Source: Lytechinus pictus | Taxonomy: Eukaryota | Assembly (NCBI RefSeq): GCF_037042905.1 | Contig: NC_087258.1 | Location: 5,952,001-6,016,000 of the forward strand | DNA: 64,000 bases | Direction of reading: 5' to 3' | Shown here: piece after piece, positions 49,077 to 61,800 of the stretch | Layout of the letters: every line of letters begins with the position of its first letter | Numbering within the stretch: the stretch's first letter is position 1 | Translations under genes and position numbers: made by a program | Notes under the pieces: model-generated | What the model saw: only the letters and a program-made list of their open reading frames with translations | Databases searched by the model: none | Told to the model about the DNA's origin: nothing

Positions 49077-49919
49077 GTAAGCTTCATTTATAGAACAATA
49101 TAATTTTTGTAGTTTTTTCTTCTTTATTTTTTTTATTGAATTGAACTGAATTATATAGTTTTTTCTTCTTTATCTTTTTATATTGAATTGAACTGAATTG
49201 AATGTATTTAAACCAGTAAAAACAAAAGAGTGCAAAGTACAAACAAATGGTTACATAATAAAAAAAACTGAAAATGACAGGGACCCCAAAGATAAGCACA
49301 GCTTGTAATCAGGGGCCCCTATATATGATATTTTACTTGAACATGAGTAAAAGTGAGAAAAAAACTATTTACAAGGTATTTATAGAAAGATCATAACAGA
49401 AACATTACCCACACGCAAGCACGCTCACACTCACCCTGACAAACACACGCACACATTCACACTCCAAACATGTCACCCCCAGGTGCAAATTAACAAATGG
49501 TCTTAAATTTATCAAATAGGTATCTATGACATAATCACTTAAACCGAGACAGGGTACTGCTACTTCTTATATCAGCAGGACACATATTCATTCATCAACG
49601 CAAATTGTTCTGAAGGATTTCAACGTAGCATTTATTCTAGTAAAGGGTTGGTGAATAAGATGTTTCTGACGTGTGTTAGAATTATGAGTCTTAGAATTAC
49701 CACAAAAGTTTCTTGTAAAAAAAGAACAATGCAGGGATTGATATTTATACATGAAAATAACATAATCATTGAGACCATTCATTTTTATGGTAACATATTC
49801 AACTGGAGAAATCGGAGCCAGATAATTTGAATTTGTTACGTATCAAATAACTTTCCTTTGAAGAACTTGTAGTTTACGAACATGGGTCCTATATCTACGC
49901 CTCCAAGCAATATTTTATA

Positions 49920-52740
49920 TATTTATTTATTCATTTATTTATTGATATATTCATATTACACAAATTCTCAAAGTACATTTCATAGTAAATAATTTTTACA
50001 ATGAAAAGATGCATCAACTGCATAACACATGCAGGGTTGAAACGTACCAATGATATGAAAACAGTGGAGGGGCCTACTGAAAAGCAAATCTTGTAAGATG
50101 TAGACCCCCTATCAAAATGTTATACAAGGGTTATATGATATAAGTAGAGTAAAAGTAATCAGCAAATTTCTATAAATTTATGTAGATATAAACACTGTAA
50201 CACAAATGTATATACACTATATACAAAATTATATATTGACTTTAAGATAATCAACGCTACCGTGGATAAGTATGAAGTTCACAAATATATGATTGAATCA
50301 ATAAGAATTCAGAAGAATTTTGTTATGAGTAATTTAAATCGGTTCAGATTAGCTGCCTCTTGTATTACTCTGTCCAGAGAATTCCAGCATTTTGGTCCTG
50401 TGAAAAAATACGGTTTTTATAGAAAATAGTGTTCTACTTTTAGATAAGTGATAGTCATTTGACTGTCTCGTATTATATGAATGCAGAGTATTGTTTCTCA
50501 TAAATTTCTTTTGTAGGACATTAGGCACACTATTTCTATCTAGCTGATACATGAATTGGAATAACTGTAAGCGGTACAGGTCACTGACTTTAATGATACG
50601 TTTCTGACGAAACAATTCATCCATATGAGCTCTAAAGGACATATTGCATATTATTCTCAGTACTTTTTTTTCTGAAGTAGCAAGACTGTTGAATCTCGTC
50701 TGAGAGGCATTTCCCCATGACAGAATTCCATAATTAAGATATGGTAGAATTAGTGCACAATCTTCTTTGGAACCTGGCCAAGCTGTAATGATAAATAAAA
50801 TATATGAAGCAGAGGATCAGCAAGAGAATGTATAATGTTTTTCACAACTCTATTTGTAATGCCATCATAACCAAATTAAATACAATCTCAAGTCATTTTT
50901 GTCTATGAAATGGAGTAAGAAATATTGAAGTATCATTTTGTTTATCCAAAATGTCCTCAAACGAAATATCTACAGGCATAAAATTTCCAGCTAACTTTGG
51001 TCCAATTTGAGACAAATATGTATTAAATTCAATTGCTATAGAATGAGTATCTTCAACCATATTTCCATCTACACATAATTTATTAACAACACTAGATTTG
51101 TTAATTTTGTTTAGAGCCCCATTTATTGTTTTCCATGTATTTTTAAGGTCGTTTTAATATGATTGTAAGTTTTCTAAATGAAACCGCTTTTTTGCTATTC
51201 GTAGAGTAGTTGTTAAGGTAATTTTATAAGACGTGTATTTTTTTCCGTGAAATATCATTTGGATTTGATATATACGAAGCATACAGATTATTTTCCGATT
51301 GAAAGACCTTAATATCAATTTTGAAACCCATGGGAGTTTTAGAATACGTGTATAGTCGTAATTTCTATATTTCCTTAAAGGAACACATCTAAGCAGCCAT
51401 TGAAATATTTCAAAAATATGTCAAATGAGTCATCGACATTTTCTTTCGAGTTATAAACATCAGACCAATCAATAGAGCTTAAATCTTCTTGGAGGCGTTC
51501 AATATGTTTATCACTAAAGTTGCGACAGATCCTATATTTCTCTGCCATTTTTCCGAGTGATTGCATTGTTTGGATATGGGTAAAAATAAGAAAATGATCT
51601 GATGTCTGTCGTTACAATGCCAGCTTTCGGAAGAGGCTGAGAGTTACAAAATACATTACCTATTGTCAAGAGAGTAATATTGAAATCACCTTTGATGATA
51701 CAATTGTTATTCATCAATTCTCCGTTTTGCAAAAGTTCATTAGTGGAGTGGAGCGTTGTGGCCCAGTGGATTAGTCTCCGGACTTTGAAACAGAGGGTCG
51801 TGGGTTCGAATCCCAGCCATGGCGTAATTTCCTTCAGCAAGAAACTGATCCACAATGTGCTGCACTCAACCCAGGTGAGGTAAATGGGTACCGGTAGGAA
51901 GTAATTCCTTAAAAAGCTGTGTGCGCTATATGAACGCTCAACTTAGCCGGGTAATATAGGAGCGCCTTGGGCACCTAACAAGGTGGATATGTGCGCAATA
52001 TAAATACACTATGTTATTATTATTATTATTATTAGTAGCAAGTAAAAAAAATTCTTTACAAGAAGTTTGAGGATGACATTTCTTAGAGTTTTCTTATCTT
52101 TTTGAATTTTTACTTCTACAAATAAGGATTCGATGATATCATGCATATATTCAAATTCATGTCTAATTGCATAATCAAATGAGGACGGAATATATAATGC
52201 TAGTCCAGCTCCAAATTTATTTTTTCTATTGTTTATAACAATATCATAATTATATATAAGGCATTCGGTGTTTCCGTGAACCAGGTTTCAGTGAGAGCAA
52301 TGATTGGGGGATTGGCTAACTGCGTATTTCTTATAATAATCGAAATTTCTCGAAGTTTTGGTTAGCGCTTCTTATATTCAAATGCAAATAAAAAAATCAT
52401 ATTCTCCAATTACTTTAGCATAGTATTTGAATAAATTTTCTGTATAATATGGAGAAGGGGTAGATTGTATGCTTTATCATGAATATCGAATTCAACTTGA
52501 AGTTCATTAAAATTATTTTTAAGAATATCAGTATAATATCTATCAAACGGAGTATGATGATTTGAGATAATATTGCTTTTATCTTATTGATTTAGTAATA
52601 AGAAATTATCATTATTCAGATGATAAAAGGGAAAAACACGCATATCCTCCACCATTATGAAACATAATATATTGCCATTTTAAAACAATATCTTTTTAAG
52701 CTAAGAATATAAAGCATCTTTTAGATTTGATACCATCATG
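49920..52740 (-). mobile_element. Decayed CR1/L2-group LINE (endonuclease region and C-terminus; RT core largely deleted), intronic
   Basis: IKGDFNI (EN). C-terminal HMDELF...HSYNTRQ typical of CR1-group ORF2. (TAAA)n-like tail near 49920. Interrupted by the SINE at 51745. Confidence 0.75.
51745..52035 (+). mobile_element. Full-length family-A tRNA-derived SINE
   Basis: tggagcgttgtggcccagtggattagtctccggactttgaaacagagggtcgtgggttcgaatcccagcc head and a (tta)n tail. Confidence 0.9.
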
Positions 52741-53169
52741 ACCCAAAATTCGAGTTTGGAAATTACTGCAGATGTAATAGTTCACAAAATGAAGATTATT
52801 TAATACAATTATTAATGGTCAATGCAGAATATTTGCACACAAAAATAAGTAAAATTACCTCCATAAAATGTCTGGCATTGAAACACTATTGAAAGGGCAG
52901 TGAAAGAATGCAAAATATACCACGGAAAATAACACAGATATTGATCGATGTGAAAATTTTTGTGACAAGAATTTCAAAATAATGAAAAGAACACTGAAAA
53001 ATCAAATAACATGGAATGGATGAAGATGAAGGATACTACAGCTTGGAAAAGTCCTCTCTGTAATGAATGATGAGGGGCTGGCAATTCTCATCCTTCCTTA
53101 CATAGATTCGACCATTCTGGGTCCACATGAACTTGTATCCACCATCTCGGCGGGCAATACATTAAATGT

Positions 53170-55450
53170 GGCACAATTAGAGCATTATAAAAAGAAACTA
53201 CTATTCGCTGCATGAGGTAAGAAATGTCGTACTTTTGATATCACTCCAACATTACGAGATATTTTAGAACATACATTATTAAGGTGAAAATGCCATGACA
53301 AATAGTCATGAACTGTGACACAAAGAAATTGCACACTCGAACTGAATTCAATTTGACGACCATCGACTAGTATTGGGTGTATATTATTATTGATCCTCTT
53401 CCCCTTTGTTCTAAATAAAACACTTGTTTTACTTGTATTCAGTACCAGCTTATTACAACAAAACCGGGCAAAAACATGACAAATTTCAGTTTTTACCTCC
53501 CGAATAAGACTTTGCCAGTTCTTATGAGAAAGTAATGAACAGGTGTCAACAGCATATAAAGAATATGTAAGCAATTTGGAAGAATTCAAAAAATCGTTAA
53601 TATAGATAAGGAAAAGCAACGGACCAAGAACCGATCCTTGCGATACTCCATATGTAATATTTCTATATTCTTAGCTGACACCGTTTTTGACCAAGTTTAA
53701 TACACACCCATGCTAGTAGAGCAATTTTTCCTGAAGCTAAATAAAATATCTTTGAGAAGATAGGCAACAAGGAAATTGGTTTATAATTTTCAATGCATTT
53801 ACGATCACTTTTTTGCAGACAGGAACAATTTTAGCGATTTTTTACTTAATGGGAAGAATACCTTCAGACATTGACTTACTAAATACATGACACAGTGGTT
53901 CAGCAATGATATAAATGCATCCTTTGATAATTTTAGGAGGAATGTCATCTGAACCACTTGATTAAGAATCCTTGAATGAGGTCACCAGCCTTGGGATTTC
54001 ATAAACTGATGTTGGTCTGAGAAATAGAAATGATGCGTAATTTTGCCTTGGCATGTAATCTTTGAAAGATGTTTGGGCTTCTGGAATTTCTTTACTGACT
54101 CTTTCAGGCAAATTAATGAAAATATTTATAAAAGTAATCAACTTTTTGCAGATCTGTAGGGAGTAAATTTTCACCATGATACATTTCTTCTGGTATAAGA
54201 CCCCTTTTCCCTCTTCCAAGCTGCTCATTTATGTGAGTCCAAGTCTTCCTGATATCCTTCTGTGTATTTTTGAAAACATTGTCATAATAATCCTTTTCGC
54301 TTTTCCGAACTAGAATTGTCTACGCATTCTTACAAGCAAAATAGTTCTTTTTATTCCTCTCATTCTTACATTTAATGTACGTACAGTATAATTTATATTT
54401 ATGATGAATATATATTAAAAGACTCTGAGTAATTCATGGTTGCATTTCTTATTCAGTTCAACAATGGGGAAATGAATATCATACATCCGAGAAAAGATAG
54501 ACAAAACAATAATAACAAGACTCGTCTGCATTGGTCAAAGTGTAAAGAAAGGACCAATAAAAAACAATCAGATCTTGTATAAAACTTTATATCTTTATAT
54601 CTGTAATCAAACGATTGTACACCACACTACTCGTTTTGACAGAGATAACAGCCGACTCTTTATTGATGCTGGATATTGACACATGATCACACAAGTCTGA
54701 GCAGAAAATACCACTTTCAAAAGCATCTTGCACACAATTTGTGAATATATCATCTATGAGTGTTGAAGAAGAAGAATTAATACGAGTAGGTTTTGTAAGA
54801 GGACTAAATTGAAATAAGCCAAATGATGTAAAGAGATCAACAAAGTCTTTTACTCGATCATCAGAGTCATAATGCAACAGATTAGTATTAAAATCGCCCA
54901 TAATATAAATATTGTTATTATCACTAAGAACTTGCAAGTCCTGTTCAAAGTCAAAAGCAAATGACCTCACATCATTGTCAGGTGCTCGATATACACATCC
55001 AACAACAGTCTTAACATTATTCACAACAAATTCTATATATATAGATTCGTAGCCCAGAGTTACTTTTGACAGATCATCACGAATTCTATATTCACGACCC
55101 TCTCTAATATCAAGAGCAACACCACAACCTATTTTATTTTGTCAACAAACTTGAACAAGATAATATTCAGGGATATGAAATAAAGTCACATCTGTAGATG
55201 GTTTGAACCCGGTCTCTGAAATCCCAATAGTAGAGTAACTGTGTTTCACACTGGATGAGAAAACGACCTGATCTTCAAAGTTTTTAAAAATACGTGAATT
55301 TACATGAAGGATTGCTACTATTTCTTATAAAGAAAATCATTACAACTGATAGCCTGAGCTGATTAATGTAATACGCTGGCAGTGTAGGTCACAGGGTAAG
55401 AATTGCAGCACTGAGATAAGTGGATTCCTCAAAGAGCATTTGTCCTGTAC
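53170..55450 (-). mobile_element. Second decayed CR1/L2-group LINE (EN plus RT), intronic
   Basis: VGCVYRAP, IMGDFN, TKPTR, STLID (EN). GVSQGSVLGPLLFLIYIND and LYAVDT (RT, YADD decayed). Multiple stops and frameshifts. Confidence 0.85.
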
Positions 55451-55899
55451 GATATTCTATAACAGTTCTGGTAAAGTGGAATGCTGCAATTCATGCACTT
55501 CCAGTCACAATGTCAAAGATGGAGGATGTCGAGGAAGAGGCTTTGAGCGTTGTTTAGAACAGGATGGTGAAGACCGCGAGGAAGAGAATGTTCCTTTTTT
55601 ACTCAAAGGCTGTACAAATATATGATTTCGTGACAGATGTTCGACAAATTGTAAAGAGAAAGTGTTTACCACTGCTTGGACCTTTCCAAAGAGGTGCTAT
55701 TAGTCTCCGAAAAGTAGTTTCAGAAAAAAAATTTCGAGCTAGGGCCTTTCCGCCATCGGACTATACATTTTAGGCCACTTACTTTGAAGCAGACCATATA
55801 TTGATAAAAAAGAAAAACTTGCAGAAATTAATTCTGCCCACCACCTAAACCCCTAATTATAAGCTGTTACAATTTATGATACTCTGGGCTTAGTGATTC

Positions 55900-56440
55900 A
55901 AAATCAGAAATTTTCAATATGACATCTAGTGGCCATCTTGAATTAGACCTGAGGCTGATCCTATATTCTAAAATTAATAACATAAATGGGATATACACAC
56001 CCCCAAAACCCCTGAACAAAGGTATTGATCAGATCATTCAGCATGTTCAGGGGCAATGGGTTCAAAAGTTAATTTCTCAAGATGGCGTCGGCCTGGCGTC
56101 CATCTTCGATTTAACCTGAAGATGACCTTATATTGCAAAACAGATAGCAAAAATTGATTCTACACGCCCTAAAACACCTACAATGAGGTATTACTCATGA
56201 TTCTGGGGAAAGGGGTTCAAATTTAATTTTTCAAGATGGCGTCTGGTGACCATCTTCGATTTAGCCTGATGATCACCTCATATGGCAAGAATGATGACAG
56301 AAATGGATTCTACGCGCCCAAGAACCCCTAAAAAGAGGTAGATCTAGCTTTATTCCTCATCATTTTGTGGCAAGGGATTAAACAGTTACGTTTTTAAGAT
56401 GGTATAATGCGGCCATTTTGGATTTATGCAAATTAGCAAA
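55900..56440. repeat. Tandem array with a unit of about 155-165 bp (about 3.5 copies), probably inside a DNA transposon
   Basis: caagatggcgtc...ccatcttc/gga motif at about 55916, 56078, 56232 and 56396. Confidence 0.7.
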
Positions 56441-57069
56441 GTTGTCGCTTGGGCAACCAAGCTGAATTTGTTCTAGGACCCCATGTAAGTATCAAGAAAA
56501 AAAACTTCAAAAGAAAGAAGATTTCTAGGTTCGAAAAAAGTCAAATCGAAAAGAATGGTTTAGCATTCAGTCTAAAATTAAGGGTAAGAAATCTTCAATG
56601 TATTATATATATATATATATACACCTATCGTTTCATAATCATTTAACTGCTTACGTTAAGTTATACCTTGCGACATACATTGTATAATTATTAGCTCTAT
56701 CAAGTGTATCTAGGATTGATACTTTGCGTGTGTGTGCGTGAATAGGTGTGAGTGTGTGTGCGTATATAATTATGAGTGTGTGCGATCGCGAGATTGTTTG
56801 CCTGCATACAAAGTGTGCGTGCTTATTACTATACCTAATAGAAACCAAGAACCTATTGTGTTGTAAATCATAATAGTATTTATCCTACATAAAAATTCGT
56901 CCATATTTTCAAACGACGTCTGTTAGTGTTATACATGTAGCCCTAAATATCTGCCGTAACTTACTTCGATAACAATGAATTAATCAAGATTCAATAATAT
57001 AGTAACTTTTATGCATTTGGTAATATTTGTTTGTACGTTATATAAAGCACTTTTTTCTGTTATATATCT

Positions 57070-57115
57070 CGAGATACCCGAAGAAGGACCAATGGCCGAA
57101 AGCTTGTAATAAAAT
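57070..57115 (+). ncRNA. Degenerate minimal hammerhead-ribozyme-like motif (Penelope pLTR type)
   Basis: cc-CGAAGA-agg-accaatgg-cc-GAAA-gctt-GTA then AATAAA. The core reads CCGAAGA instead of CUGANGA, and the stem III region is the palindrome AAGCTT. Confidence 0.4.
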
Positions 57116-57226
57116 CTGATAAAACCCAGGACAAGCGACGTCTCCAGCTTTCATGCTTTATTGACATCCTCTCAAATATAAACCCTCAGCCCTCTCATCG
57201 ATTTCATTTTCTCCATCTTATGGCAG

Positions 57227-57424
57227 CTCAATGCAACATCACTCAGCTAATCGAAGACGATGATATCAAGGCTATTGATGACAATAACAAGCAGCAAACG
57301 ATTTTCAATCACGGAGAAATAGCTTACTTCGAATGTACTGACAAAGGCCAATTCGCAGGATCAGATCAAGGAACGTGTGACAACGGCACCATAATTGTGA
57401 TTACCAGTGATCCAACATGCTTAG
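57227..57424 (+). CDS. Exon 3: divergent Sushi/CCP domain 2
   Basis: tggcag|...|gtaagt, 198 nt, phase 1-1. AQCNIT...FNHGEIAYFECTDKGQFAGSDQGTCDNG...PTCL; the usual Trp is missing. Confidence 0.85.
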
Positions 57425-57816
57425 GTAAGTTAATCATGACGGTATTTCCTTTATAGTGTGGCCGGTATACTTTTTCGATAAAGTTTATTGTCAGTGCAAT
57501 GTAAGTACTCCTCTCGCTACAGTCGTACGAAGCAGATCAGTTTAGTATTCAGTTTAGTCATTAACGGAACCATCTGTGATAATGTAAGGGGACAATATGA
57601 CACTCTAATTTATTAACTTACAATTCTGGATGTTTTCATGCAGGTGAGGCGGTAACAGTGTAAAAATAATTTTGTTGAAATTACTTTTTTTTAAATGAGG
57701 GGGAACTGCCTCATTTTTCTTTTTAAATATTCTTAACTCATTTTCTGTGTCGCCATTTTACTCAAGGATAAAAAAATAGATTTTAAATCAAATTATTTCA
57801 CTTTTACCTATTCAAG

Positions 57817-58056
57817 TTTACTGTCCAGTGCTTGTTGATGAAGATGGCATGATTGGCGACGGGCTGTACTACGAAACTGTCGACGCACCAGTTATCAATG
57901 AGACCTCTATTATCTACTATAGGGACGATGACGAAATTACTTATAAGTGCCTAGATGGGTACGTCGGCCCACAAAACTGCTCAACTTCTGACTGCAGGAG
58001 TACATGTGAAGATGGATCGTGGATTCCCGATCCACCTGATATCCCGGTATGCGCCG
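57817..58056 (+). CDS. Exon 4: Sushi/CCP domain 3
   Basis: ttcaag|...|gtaagt, 240 nt, phase 1-1. VYCPV...YRDDDEITYKCLDGYVGPQNCSTSDCRSTCEDGSWIPDPPDIPVCA. Confidence 0.88.
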
Positions 58057-58533
58057 GTAAGTGGTGGTTTGAAATACATCTAATCAATAGATCATAGGTG
58101 GATCCAGGGGTCAAACTGAAATTCGGTAATGACGAAATACTCTATCGGAGTGGAGTCGGTTTCTTTAGTATGACGGTACCATATATTATAGCATAATAAA
58201 AACACAGGAGAGGCAACAATTCTACTAAGTACGGGTTTGGGAAATAGTGTATCATCTTTCTTTTTAATAAATAATCAGTTTCGCAGGTCACAGGCTAAAG
58301 ATCACAGGAATACATCTACCTTGTATAGCTTATTGAGGTATATTATATTTATGTATGCTTACTAGAGTGACAATGATGTGGTTAATTTGGGAGAACAGAG
58401 ATCTTTGGTCGCAGAGGGCGTACATGTTGAAATACAGTGTGTTTCTTTATAAAGGGTAGCCGATGTTCTAAGGTCAGCTCCATCAAAAAATATATTCTTG
58501 TGATTTGTATTCTGCATATATGCGTCATTTCAG

Positions 58534-58833
58534 ATGCGTCCACAACCACTTCAGATGCGTCCACTGCTGCCTCAGATCCGATCGTTATCACTTCAGACAC
58601 AACAACATTCAGGCACATCGCAACCACTGCCACTTCACTTATCCCCACAGCCCAAGACACAACAGTCTCTCCTACAACAGTTTCAGAGACGACTACTTTC
58701 ACAACAGCGTTACCTGAGACGACAGAGATCGACCCTGATCCTACGACAACACCCGAAGCAAAGGAGCCGACTTCATTGCCAACAACTAAACATAATACAC
58801 CCCTGGGAACAGAGGAACCGGGTTCTACGCCAT
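58534..58833 (+). CDS. Exon 5: Ser/Thr/Pro-rich mucin-like stalk
   Basis: tttcag|...|gtaagc, 300 nt, phase 1-1. DASTTTSDASTAASDP...PTTVSETTTFTTALPETTE...GSTP. The gene continues beyond this exon. Confidence 0.85.
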
Positions 58834-58869
58834 GTAAGCCATGTTCTTACATTATATTGCAATGATATA

Positions 58870-61800
58870 GTTATGAAAATACTTACCATGATTTTCTTAT
58901 TTACGAGATAACTGGATATACTCATTTGATTTGCTAGTTCATTACGATTAACTTGCACGCCGAATAAAAGTACACAATTTTTCCTGCGCGCGCGCAGCAT
59001 CTCCCTACGCACGCACTATCCCAAGATCATCACGCAAAAAGGCGTCCATTTCCTCTCATGAGCCTGAACGCAAGACATGTTGCCACGCAAGGCGAGGGGT
59101 CGGTGGGAGGGTTCAAATGAGTATATCCAGTTATCTCGTAAATAAGAAAATCATGGTAAGTATTTTCATAATTTACATCAATAACTGGGATATACTCATT
59201 TGATTTGCTAGACCAACACGGATTCAACGTGAAGGGAGGCATGTCTAGACTAAGAAAGTGCGTACAAAAATAGAGAGATGAAGACACGAAAGGCCGCTGC
59301 CTTAAGGACAGAGGAGGTAAATAAGGCCTCATGTGAAGAAAGGTCCTTAAGGACAAGGAATTAGAAGAGCGCCAAAAAGGCGGTCCTCAAGATGTCGTAT
59401 ACGACGATTCCATAGAAAGAGCCCAAGAAGAATGATACTATAATATCATGGGCCCTCGGCCTAGTGTCAGAAGGAGAACATCATCACCAACTGACTTGAT
59501 CGTTTCAACAATCCAGCGTGAGAAGATGTCTCGAGAAGCTGTCGCAAACGGCTCGTGCGACAAAACAACCAACTGCACAGAGTTGGGAATTGTCTGAAGA
59601 ATGGCAAACAAAGACGAGGGTTAGAAGTAACACCTAATCTAAGCCTATCCCGGCAACGGTCCGGGAGCAATGCATAAGTATGCAAAGCTTTGTACTGTAA
59701 ATGGTTATATATAAACAGATACAGGAGGGATCTCGACTGATAGACAGACAAAAGATACCCTGAAAACCGACCCAAGAGGGAGTTAGTCAAGCGTCAAGAA
59801 CGACCGACAGGTGCCATGACGGACTAAGCCATACAAGCTCAACGTTTGAGAAAAACTTAAGAGGTTGTAAGATTCGGATTGAAGGTATTAATCATCCGTA
59901 ACCGGAGGGATGATAATTGCCGATGATCAAAAAACGATCCGATTTTGTTGAAAATTTCGACAAGAATCGTGATCGGAAGACTGAAACTTGTACGGTTCAG
60001 TAAGTGATCCATCAATCAATCTGAGAAGGCGACAGCGGGGCTAATAAAAGCCACGGTCAAGTCACCGGCTTAATAATTTAAGCCAAGCCGCAACCATGCA
60101 AACGTAAGGAATGCAAGATAACTCAGAAGCCCCCGCGTGGGAGAAGGCGCCCAGAATTCGATATCTGTCTCAAATGCGTGAGGGCAGAACATCTGCAGAA
60201 TTCTGATAGAGAGCTGTGGCAGGACGTTTCCAGCGGTCCGAAAAGGACATGGAACGACAGAGAGTAAGGTTGAAGTAAACCACTCGTAAGGCAGTCAATG
60301 TGTCGAGAAAGGCGACTGAGTGCCATTCTGTTAATAAGAAAATGCCACGGACCTGCTGTCTATGTAGAATAGAACAGTCTTGTCAAATCAGCTCAAACGG
60401 GCGTGTCGGAGAAAAACGCGGCACGCATCACGACATAATAAGTGTGATAGACAGCGGATCCCTTTTGTCCCGTACTAAATAAAACACCCGCCCGAGGGTG
60501 CAGTGCCCGCGGCGGGAGAGGTGGGCGGTGGTTTGGCTGAAGGCACCATCGCCGAGAGGGTCCGTAAGACTAGGCTACGATGGATGTCCGCTGAGCGGAG
60601 TAATCCCTAGTCGCAGCAAGCGTACGCCAGAGATGAGCTGGCGAACAATGTCTCTGTCATGATCTTACGTGTAAACGATGATCAAGAGATGTCGGTCAAG
60701 ATGTTCTGAACCAACAGACAACGCCAGACATGATACCTCAACAGTTACGTTCCCGACGGAATCGAGTGAGGTAACAACGGCCCTGTCCTATCAAGGTTAG
60801 GGACGGAAACTGGCTAAGAGTGTCTAAGTCCTCGCTTGACGAAACAAGCGGAGGAGAAAGGCGACTTGAGGAAAATAATCACCAATATTTCCCTCAGTCT
60901 GCGATGAGAACCAGTTGTTTACGAAAACAGCCACAAGGCCTGGTTTCTCTGGTGATCGCAAGGGCAAGCACCGCCGGCGCCGGTTGCAACAGCATGGAAC
61001 AGACCGATATCGGTAAGATAAGGAGTTGCGAGAAACTGCGGGGGGCGGCAAAAATGACGCCCTAAGCAGCGGGGGATGAGAATCTATGCTTCTAAAAAGA
61101 AGAACTCCAGTGAAGTAAATCACTTTCATGGAGGGACTCATCCACAGTCGGCCCGAGAGAAAGCGGGTCGTGGTGATCGTGGTTAGACAGGCATAAGTAT
61201 GCATACACACACGTATACATTTTAAACATAAATGTATATCCACCACGATTACATCATCCTCGGTCACGCAGTGACCATGGTCACATACATAGCATGGAAG
61301 GAGGATGAAAGCAGCCTGCGAGGCGACTCAAGTGTGCCGATTGAAAAAGCTTCTAAATAGAAGAAAACTCGACACACGGGCACGGTAAATGCATCGACCG
61401 TAGCCCACTCCACACGAGGAAGCGGCGGAGACGCCCGCAAGCTTGACCCACATAGAGGGCAGTCTATCGGATAGACTGTTTGAGCTCGACCGATGGCCTG
61501 GTGGCGGACAGTTTGGTGTGAACTCGCCGACCCGGCACGGTGGGTGCGTCCAGGAAGTAGGCATAGAAATGCCGACAGAAAAAAACCTGGGGCTTGAAAC
61601 AAGCCTGAACGCACGCACACAGCCGACAATCTAAAGAGATATATGGCTGTTTCTTTCCACCGAGATGATGCTTACCCGACCGGGAAAGACTCGGGGAACA
61701 AGTTGTGAATGTCAACAGGAGGGGTATCTGGCGTATAAATAGCCGATTCCCTCCGGGCGTTCGGTGCGGGTGCTGCCGGCGGGGTCCGGGGGGACGACCG

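Noticed and set aside
55771-56573. TAG...CTA ends suggesting an Academ element around the 160-bp array
   Set aside because: The inverted match does not extend beyond a few bases and no TSD is visible. Reported only as a repeat.
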